DNA of 14,032 bases. Source: Abditibacteriaceae bacterium (GTDB lineage: Bacteria; Armatimonadota; Abditibacteriia; Abditibacteriales; Abditibacteriaceae). Of the stretch, positions 1-9,225 are shown one piece after another (within the stretch, counting starts at the first letter, position 1; each line of letters starts with the position of its first letter). The stretch covers positions 1 through 14,032 of the forward strand of contig JANMKN010000394.1 in assembly GCA_031372065.1 (NCBI GenBank), given 5' to 3'. Under the pieces are notes generated by a model. That model was given only the letters and a program-made list of their open reading frames with translations, searched no databases and was not told the DNA's origin. The translations under genes and the position numbers were made by a program.

Positions 1-61
1 GTCTGAAATTAATATGCGCCCAATGAATGTTTATTCTTTCGAAACAGAATCGCTTAGGTCT

Positions 62-103
62 CCCTTCCTCTTCGTCGTTCAAGGGGAAGGGCCGGGGATG
101 GGG
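62..103. repeat. BoxC/PIT-like purine-pyrimidine palindromic element (hairpin plus third G-rich arm)
   Basis: cccttcctctt (62-72) pairs with aaggggaaggg (81-91), with one G-T pair and an 8-nt loop. It is followed by ccggggatgggg (92-103). The layout matches intrastrand-triplex/BoxC-type repeats. Only one copy is in the window. Confidence 0.6.
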
Positions 104-112
104 TTTTGTTAA

Positions 113-3298
<3,186 letters not shown>

Positions 3299-3318
3299 AA
3301 GTTAATCGGGAGAAAATT

Positions 3319-3714
3319 ATGAAGCGACAGAATTATTCGACAGGATCAAAATGGGAGCCGATTATCGGCTATTCGCGCGCGGTGCGCGTCGGGCCATTTG
3401 TTCAAGTTTCGGGCACCACGGCCTCCGGCGAGGGCGGCGTTTTTGTCGGCGAAGGCGATGTTTACGCCCAAACCGTGCAAATTTTGAAAAACATTGAAGC
3501 CGCTTTGCACGGTGTTGGCGCCGAACTGAAAGATGTGACACGCACGCGCATTTTCACCACCAATATCGCCGAATGGGAAGCCATTGGTCGCGCCCATGGC
3601 GAGGTTTTTGGCGATATTCGCCCGGCTACGGCGATGGTGGAAGTCAGCAAACTCATCGCGCCGGAAATTTTAGTTGAGATCGAAGCCCAAGCCATCATCG
3701 CCGACGAAGTTTAA
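3319..3714 (+). CDS. Rid (RidA/YjgF/YER057c/UK114) family protein
   Basis: 131 aa with [24 protein letters not shown] (conserved Arg) and LVEIEA. GGAG RBS at 3309-3312. Starts 20 nt after lacZ, so probably co-transcribed. Confidence 0.92.
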   Translation: MKRQNYSTGSKWEPIIGYSRAVRVGPFVQVSGTTASGEGGVFVGEGDVYAQTVQILKNIEAALHGVGAELKDVTRTRIFTTNIAEWEAIGRAHGEVFGDIRPATAMVEVSKLIAPEILVEIEAQAIIADEV

Positions 3715-3758
3715 GTGGGCGTTGGCGGGCCAAGTTGCTCTCAACTAAATTCTGCTCT

Positions 3759-5030
3759 TTAAAGCGCAGTTTTCAGCAACTCAGTTGGCACATTCCATTG
3801 CGCGGTAAAGGCTAAATCGGGGTCGCTGTGTTGTGCGAGCGTATCGCACAACACGCGCAGCGAAGGGCGCAGTGTTTGTTGCACTGTTTTGCCATTGACT
3901 TCGAAGGTGACGGGCCGCGAAAAATCAATCAGGCGATGGTCGAGAAGAACTGTTAAATCGGGCACATTGAGCGTGGTTTGGATAATCACGCGATTGTCGC
4001 GGCACGTCGCGGAGATTTCTTGTTTTTTAGCGGGCGCCTCGCAGTGCAGCCAGTAAAAATCGTGAATCACGCTATCGGTTTGCTCCCACGTCAGTTCACG
4101 CGGCGCGGCGTTGCGAGTGTGCGGATATAAGTCGGGAATTTTATCGCGGTCTTGTAAATTGGAATGCTGAACTCCTTCCACCACTTGCACAGTCACCGGA
4201 TAAATATCCGTCCGTTCGCCTTTTAGTTGCTTGATAATCTCGGCGAATTTTTCGTCGCGGGCGCGGCGGTCATAAGCCGTGTCTTCGCCGCCAACCATCA
4301 CCGAAAAGGGCGTATTGCGCAAAGTTTTCGCGGAAGTTTCGCCCTCTGTGGGCGCGGCAGCTGAGGCGTGAATGGCCGCGAAATGATCGGGCATTTTCGG
4401 GCCGATATTAAAGGCGCCGTAGCCGCCGTGCGAGTAGCCAATGAGAAACACTTTGCTCCCATCCACATCGCCAAACAAAACGTGCTGATGGATTAAATTG
4501 TCAATCAGCGGATAAACGTAATCATCATAGAAACCATTCCAAGTGTCGTTGGGAGCGCGCAAAGCTAAATACAAATAACCACCCGCTTCGGGATGATCTT
4601 TGTAATAAATCTGCATGATTTTCCACTGCGAATCATTGACTTCTTTGGCCGTTCCGCCGCCACCGTGCATGGCGATAAAAAGTGGCCAACCGTTGAACGG
4701 GCGCGAACCGACAGCTTTCAGCGTGTAAGCGCTGAGATATTTATCGAAGCGCACCTGACGCGCTTCGTAATCCTTGCGCGCTTCGCTGTTCGCCTGTGAA
4801 TTTTGGTAGGCTCGCCATGCGATTTTGCGGGCATCGCTTTCGTTTTCGAGCAGCCATTTTTCGCTTTCGGGCGTGAAATTTCGCGTCGCGCGAGTTTCAA
4901 GTGGCGCCGCAAAATAATCGCTCAAATCGCTTTGCAATTTCGCGGCGCTTTCGGGCGGAATTGCCGCCTGCACGCCGGAAAACGCGCCGATGAAACACAA
5001 AAACAGGCCGACAAAGAGCATTTTTCGCAT
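3759..5030 (-). CDS. Secreted alpha/beta-hydrolase (esterase/peptidase-like), substrate unknown
   Basis: Start moved from 5099 to the ATG at 5030. This gives a signal-peptide-like MRKMLFVGLFLCFIGAFSGVQA and removes the overlap with the upstream gene, which ends at 5036. Motifs: MHGGGG, nucleophile elbow GYSHG, candidate Asp in VGGED and candidate His in GVQHS. Confidence 0.85.
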   Translation of the reverse strand: MRKMLFVGLFLCFIGAFSGVQAAIPPESAAKLQSDLSDYFAAPLETRATRNFTPESEKWLLENESDARKIAWRAYQNSQANSEARKDYEARQVRFDKYLSAYTLKAVGSRPFNGWPLFIAMHGGGGTAKEVNDSQWKIMQIYYKDHPEAGGYLYLALRAPNDTWNGFYDDYVYPLIDNLIHQHVLFGDVDGSKVFLIGYSHGGYGAFNIGPKMPDHFAAIHASAAAPTEGETSAKTLRNTPFSVMVGGEDTAYDRRARDEKFAEIIKQLKGERTDIYPVTVQVVEGVQHSNLQDRDKIPDLYPHTRNAAPRELTWEQTDSVIHDFYWLHCEAPAKKQEISATCRDNRVIIQTTLNVPDLTVLLDHRLIDFSRPVTFEVNGKTVQQTLRPSLRVLCDTLAQHSDPDLAFTAQWNVPTELLKTAL

Positions 5031-5035
5031 GATTT

Positions 5036-5581
5036 TCAAGATTTTTCGCTCATTCGTTCCAAATAAACGCGCGACAGCGTCACATAACGCTGCGCCCAAA
5101 TTTTAATAGCGGCTTGTTCATCCAGCGATAAAGTGCGCACCACTTTGGCGGGCGAACCCAAAACCAGCGAACCGGGCGGAATAATTGTGCCACCGGTCAC
5201 TAAAGCATTGGCTCCGATAATCGAACGCGCGCCGATTTCCGAGCCGTCCAAAATAATCGCGCCCATGCCAATCAACACTTCATCGTCCACCGTGCAAGCA
5301 TGAACCGTCGCCTGATGGCCGACAGTGACCAATTCGCCAAGGCGCACCGCATAATCATCAGCAACGTGCAAAACGGCGCCATCTTGCACATTGGAGCGCG
5401 GCCCGACAATTACCGCGTTAATGTCGCCGCGCAGCGCGGCGTTGAACCACAGGCTTGCTTCTTCGCCCATCGTCACCGCGCCAATAACCGCCGCGCCGGG
5501 CGCCACAAAAGCGCTCGGATGAATATTTGGTTTTTGTCCGAGAAAATGGTGAATGCGTTCGGGGAAATCAGGAAAATTCAT
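5036..5581 (-). CDS. Gamma carbonic anhydrase family protein (YrdA/PaaY-like left-handed beta-helix)
   Basis: 181 aa with hexapeptide repeats, LRGD, SNVQDG, three candidate metal-binding His (VLH, VGHQATVH), IGMGAIILDG and GSPAKVVR. Confidence 0.93.
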   Translation of the reverse strand: MNFPDFPERIHHFLGQKPNIHPSAFVAPGAAVIGAVTMGEEASLWFNAALRGDINAVIVGPRSNVQDGAVLHVADDYAVRLGELVTVGHQATVHACTVDDEVLIGMGAIILDGSEIGARSIIGANALVTGGTIIPPGSLVLGSPAKVVRTLSLDEQAAIKIWAQRYVTLSRVYLERMSEKS

Positions 5582-5673
5582 GCTTATATTTTATGTTCGC
5601 CCTGCGCCACAAGCCATATACTTGTCTAACGTGGCGCGGCGATGAATGCGGCAGCAATAGTTTGCCGGTAATT

Positions 5674-5722
5674 GTCACTTTCGACTTCAGATTTTCCACT
5701 CTGCATTCTTAATTCCGCATTT
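5674..5722. repeat. Degenerate heptamer tandem array, 7 x 7 bp, consensus NNNAYTY
   Basis: Units: gtcactt tcgactt cagattt tccactc tgcattc ttaattc cgcattt. All seven have A at position 4, pyrimidine at 5, T at 6 and pyrimidine at 7. Confidence 0.65.
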
Positions 5723-5756
5723 TCGTCTTTTTGGTTAGGGTCGGCGGGCAGTTCAC
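5723..5756 (-). pseudogene. Diverged duplicate of the 3' end of the PhyH-family gene (direct repeat of 6984-7017)
   Basis: tcgtctttttggttagggtcggcgggcagttcac versus tcgtctttttgattggggtcagccggcatttcac: 29/34 identical. On the minus strand they encode ELPADPNQKD versus EMPADPNQKD. Confidence 0.8.
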
Positions 5757-5772
5757 TGCCACGTAGCAGCCG

Positions 5773-5778
5773 TATAAT
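5773..5778 (+). promoter_or_regulatory. Candidate sigma70 -10 box for the 5814 gene
   Basis: Perfect TATAAT 35 nt upstream of the ATG at 5814. No clear -35 hexamer. Confidence 0.4.
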
Positions 5779-5813
5779 TCCAATTGAACTAACACATTTT
5801 GAAGAGCGCATTT

Positions 5814-6917
5814 ATGAAGAATTTATGGATTTGGGGAATAGTAGTTCCCGGTTTAATACTGGTTTCTACGTTTTTTTATATTGCCGACCGCGACAGGCGG
5901 CAGGAGGCATTACAGCAGCAATCTGCCGTCAAAAAGCGTGTCGCTGTAGCCCGTCCCACGCCAACTTCAAAATACACCAGCATTATAGGCCGCGTCCGTT
6001 TTGAAGAGGGGACGCCGCTTGCGGATTATTACGTTATCATAAGTCCCCGCATGGCCTGTTACAGTGATCCATTCGTAGAAGCGTGGCGCGCAGAGCGCCG
6101 TGAGGCAGCCGTAAAAGAAGGCAAACGACTAACAAAATTAGGCAAAAATTATTCGGAACAACTCCTCTTGATGAGCGGCCCTTACAGCCATGCTCATACG
6201 GGAGCGAAGGGTGAGTATCGTTTTACAAATCTCGCCGAAACCTCTTATTGCATTTCCCTTTGGGATGATGTTTCCGGCTGGACAACAAAAGTTGTCGAAA
6301 TCAAAACCAAATACAAAACACCGGTGCGGGCACCTGACATTGTTCTCACGCGCGGAGCTATCGTGCAAGGTCGTGTCTTCGATCAAAAAACAAACCAGCC
6401 TCTCGCAGGCGTGCATATCAGTTGTTACGGCCCTCATAAACCTATCTACGACGGAGGAGATAAAACAGTCACCACAGACGAAAAAGGTCGCTATAAAATG
6501 CGTGTGGCTCCCGGCACAAGTATGTTTTGGATTTCTGGAGGTGAACAGCGGGCAGACTATCCGATAATGTTGAAGGTGAATGGCAGGCCTTACTCGACCT
6601 TCATTACTTTTCTCAAAGGAAATAAATCACTTTACGCATTAGGCCCTGCTCCTGATTCTAATATTCCGGGCAAATTTCCCTTCCAATATCCCCCTGCTCC
6701 TATTCGATGTCTGTTGGATGGTGTAGCGCAAAATATCCGACCAGACGTGACCGACTGGATTGAAGTCGAAACAAAAAAAGGACAAAATCGCACGCTGGAT
6801 TTTGGACTGCGCCCTTCGCCCTTACTAACTGCCAAGCAACGAGCCACTTTGAAATTCTCAAATAGTTCAATGTCTCTGTATGGCGGCCAAGCAGAGCAAT
6901 TAATGTATGAAAGATGA
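5814..6917 (+). CDS. Membrane-anchored protein with two carboxypeptidase-regulatory-like (transthyretin-like beta-sandwich) domains
   Basis: ATG at 5814 preferred over TTG at 5799. N-terminal hydrophobic helix LWIWGIVVPGLILVSTFFYI. Two similar units: IIGRVRFEEGTPLADYYV...HTGAKGEYRFTNL and VQGRVFDQKTNQPLAGVHI...TTDEKGRYKMRVAPG. More A/T-ending codons than neighbouring genes, judged by eye. Confidence 0.8.
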   Translation: MKNLWIWGIVVPGLILVSTFFYIADRDRRQEALQQQSAVKKRVAVARPTPTSKYTSIIGRVRFEEGTPLADYYVIISPRMACYSDPFVEAWRAERREAAVKEGKRLTKLGKNYSEQLLLMSGPYSHAHTGAKGEYRFTNLAETSYCISLWDDVSGWTTKVVEIKTKYKTPVRAPDIVLTRGAIVQGRVFDQKTNQPLAGVHISCYGPHKPIYDGGDKTVTTDEKGRYKMRVAPGTSMFWISGGEQRADYPIMLKVNGRPYSTFITFLKGNKSLYALGPAPDSNIPGKFPFQYPPAPIRCLLDGVAQNIRPDVTDWIEVETKKGQNRTLDFGLRPSPLLTAKQRATLKFSNSSMSLYGGQAEQLMYER

Positions 6918-6961
6918 ATGATTTATGACATTAGAAAAGGCGATGTTTTAGCTGGTGTTTC

Positions 6962-8098
6962 TCAATAGCCGCCGCTATCGTGGTCGTCTTTTTGATTGGG
7001 GTCAGCCGGCATTTCACCCATAAGGCCGCTGTCCATGTCGCCCATCATCGCGGTGGCCCATTCGCGGGCGCGCTGGCGTTCTTCGTCGCTCAAAGTGGCG
7101 GCGCAGGGCGTGCCGAAACGCGGGCGCGCAAAAGGCAAGTGCGTGTCGCCGCGCGCTAAAATGTGGCTGCCGTTCGTCATGCCAGTAGCGGCATCGCGTG
7201 TTGCGACCTGCGAGGCTGTTTCGGGCCGATCATCGGCGCCCCATTGCGTGAAAGAGAGCGCGTTGCAATAGTGGCTGACAAAAGCGCGGCGGAAAGAATC
7301 GGTTGTCCAATTTTCCTTCGAGCGATGCAAAACGTGGCCTCCAAAAAAGACGACATCGCCCGCCTTGGCGCCCACCAGCAAATGCGGATAGCGATTGGCA
7401 ATCGGCGCGAGTTCGTTGACTTCGTCATCGGTGTTGCTGACGTTGCTGACGTGAGAAATATCATGCAAATCGCGGTTTCCGTAGCCGTAGCCGGTTTTCG
7501 GCGGATAAACCGGCTCATTTTGGCTGCCCGTTGCGAACCACATGGCACCGTTGCGCTCGTCGCAGTCGTCAATGGAGATCCACGCGCCGCACAGCGAATC
7601 GGGATGCGTGGGAATGTAATATGAATCCTGATGCCAACCTTGGCCCGGTTTGCCCGGCGGCTTGAGAAAAAGCATGGTTTGCATCGCCAAAACGTCCGGC
7701 CCAATGAGCGATTCCAGCACATCCAAAACGCGCGGATGCAGCATATAACGCTCGTGCAATTCCAATTGGCGATGCAGCATATGAATGCGCAAAAAATACT
7801 GCGCTTTTTCCACAGGCGATAAATGCGCGGGCGGCGCTTCGAGGCCCTGACCGGAAGTGCCAGTGTCTTTTTTCACGTCGCGCTCGCTCATTTGCGACTT
7901 TTGCTGTGGCAAATTGCCCTGCATCAAATCTTCGGTATGGCCGCGCAGTTCTTCAATTTCTGCGGGCGATACCAAACCGCGCACGACAAGGAATCCTTGG
8001 TCACGAAAAGCGCAGTATTCTTCGACGGACACACGATACCGATCCGCGCGGGCGATTTCTGTTTCAATGCCGGTTTTTGATGCGGTTGTTTGGGACAT
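6962..8098 (-). CDS. Phytanoyl-CoA dioxygenase (PhyH) family Fe(II)/2-oxoglutarate dioxygenase
   Basis: 378 aa with FRDQGFLVVRGL, KPPG..GQGWHQD (HxD), AWISIDD, NGAM, GDVVFFGGHVLHRS (distal His) and RRA (2OG-binding Arg). Confidence 0.92.
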   Translation of the reverse strand: MSQTTASKTGIETEIARADRYRVSVEEYCAFRDQGFLVVRGLVSPAEIEELRGHTEDLMQGNLPQQKSQMSERDVKKDTGTSGQGLEAPPAHLSPVEKAQYFLRIHMLHRQLELHERYMLHPRVLDVLESLIGPDVLAMQTMLFLKPPGKPGQGWHQDSYYIPTHPDSLCGAWISIDDCDERNGAMWFATGSQNEPVYPPKTGYGYGNRDLHDISHVSNVSNTDDEVNELAPIANRYPHLLVGAKAGDVVFFGGHVLHRSKENWTTDSFRRAFVSHYCNALSFTQWGADDRPETASQVATRDAATGMTNGSHILARGDTHLPFARPRFGTPCAATLSDEERQRAREWATAMMGDMDSGLMGEMPADPNQKDDHDSGGY

Positions 8099-8124
8099 AA
8101 TTTTTTTCCAGTGTTGTCTTTGAA

Positions 8125-8188
8125 ATTATGCGCGATGCAACGTTTTGATTCGATAGATGAATTTGGTTTTTATCTGTCTGAAATTGAT
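8125..8188 (-). promoter_or_regulatory. Candidate AraC-activated promoter of the PhyH gene
   Basis: Minus strand: ATCAATTTCAGACA (8188-8175) and ACCAAATTCATCTA (8167-8154) are offset by 21 bp. They are followed by a weak -35 TCGAAT (8153-8148), a 17-bp spacer and -10 CATAAT (8130-8125). Confidence 0.5.
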
Positions 8189-9039
8189 GCTCTGAGCGTG
8201 CGTGTTAGAGGAGAAAGCGGGGGCGTAGCGCCGTTTTGCACAGCGCGGCGCAATTGCGAGGGAGATTGGCCATAAACCTCTTTGAAGCGCCGCGAAAAGT
8301 GAAACGCATCGGCGAAACCGCACAAGCGGGCGATTTCAGCGATGGAATAATTGCTGCGCGCCAGCAAAGTCATGGCGCGGTCAAGGCGCAAAAGACGAAC
8401 TGTTTCGGCGGGCGACTTTTGACCTTCGGCTTTGAACAAGCGGCACAAATGTTCGGGCGTCACACAAGCGGCGCGGGCGATTTCGGGCAAGTCAATTTTG
8501 TGTTCGGGCGCGTTTTCAAGGCGCGTGCGCATGAATTGCAAAGCGCGTGTCACCGGGTCGGAAAGTTGGCGCCCGTTCACTTCGCCGATGGCACTTTCGC
8601 CCGTCACAAAGGCGGCGATTAAATGCGCGAGGGCAATTTGGCAGGCCGTTTGGTCGCCGGAAGCGGCCCAGCGCAACAAGTGGCGAAACAGCGGGCGCAA
8701 AATATCGTTTTCTTCTGTGGCACGCACTGAAGGCCAATTTTCCGGCGCGGGCCACAAATTTGGCGTTTGCTGAATCAAAAAATGAAAATAGCCATGCCGC
8801 GTGCGCCGTTTGGTGTCCCAACGAAAGAAATCTCGTGCGCCGAGGCGACATAAAACCATCGAACCTTCGCACGCCTCGCAAACTACACCATTGCATTCAT
8901 ATTGCGCATCGCCTTCAATGAGCCACACCAATTCCCAGTCACGCAAATGGCGCGGGCCAAACGTCGCGCCCGCCGGATAAACCGCAATGCCAAACGTTGT
9001 TGGCGGGCTAACCATCAAGGCAGACATGAATACAGACAT
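8170..9039 (-). CDS. AraC family transcriptional regulator (N-terminal cupin, C-terminal double HTH)
   Basis: C-terminal LPEIARAACVTPEHLCRLFK...SIAEIARLCGFADAFHFSRRFKEVYGQSP and N-terminal FGPRHLRDWELVWLIEG. The start is uncertain: ATGs at 9039, 9027 or 9015 are more plausible than the TTG at 9123. Confidence 0.92.
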   Translation of the reverse strand: MSVFMSALMVSPPTTFGIAVYPAGATFGPRHLRDWELVWLIEGDAQYECNGVVCEACEGSMVLCRLGARDFFRWDTKRRTRHGYFHFLIQQTPNLWPAPENWPSVRATEENDILRPLFRHLLRWAASGDQTACQIALAHLIAAFVTGESAIGEVNGRQLSDPVTRALQFMRTRLENAPEHKIDLPEIARAACVTPEHLCRLFKAEGQKSPAETVRLLRLDRAMTLLARSNYSIAEIARLCGFADAFHFSRRFKEVYGQSPSQLRRAVQNGATPPLSPLTRTLRASISDR

Positions 9040-9207
9040 AAACGCTTTTATTTTGCGCGTCTGGGGCGACGCGGTCCCGACGCCAACAAAGACACCACGG
9101 AACAGCGCCGCAGTTCGATTCAAGTCACCGAACTGGAATTCAAAAACGGCTGGCTCGAAACTGAGCGCAATAAACTGGTGCCGATTCGCTTGCTGCCGGT
9201 AGAATAA
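9040..9207 (+). pseudogene. 5'-truncated gene remnant, probably the C-terminus of a beta-propeller (GH43-like) glycoside hydrolase
   Basis: Frame reads KRFYFARLGRRGPDANKDTTEQRRSSIQVTELEFKNGWLETERNKLVPIRLLPVE* with host-like codons and no usable start of its own. It resembles the FYFTHPGR...RRSSIQVxEL...DR C-terminal pattern I recall from such hydrolases; this is from memory, not searched. Confidence 0.55.
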
Positions 9208-9225
9208 GACTCTTTCTACTTAAAA

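Noticed and set aside
3715..3758. Possible terminator between the convergent Rid and hydrolase genes
   Set aside because: Only 4-5 bp stems (ttgg/ccaa, agttg/caact) and no U-tract, which is too weak to call.
5031..5099. N-terminal extension of the hydrolase ORF
   Set aside because: It overlaps the gamma-CA gene and would bury the signal peptide. ATG 5030 fits better.
5626..5811. 61-aa minus-strand ORF containing PADPNQKD
   Set aside because: It is a composite of the islet promoter region, the duplicated PhyH tail and the heptamer array, with no evidence that it is an expressed gene. Reported as a remnant instead.
5672..6004. 110-aa plus-strand ORF
   Set aside because: It runs through the heptamer array and overlaps the real 5814 gene out of frame.
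8902..9207. 101-aa plus-strand ORF as an intact gene
   Set aside because: The first ~46 codons are antisense to araC and not protein-like. Only 9040-9207 looks like former coding sequence.
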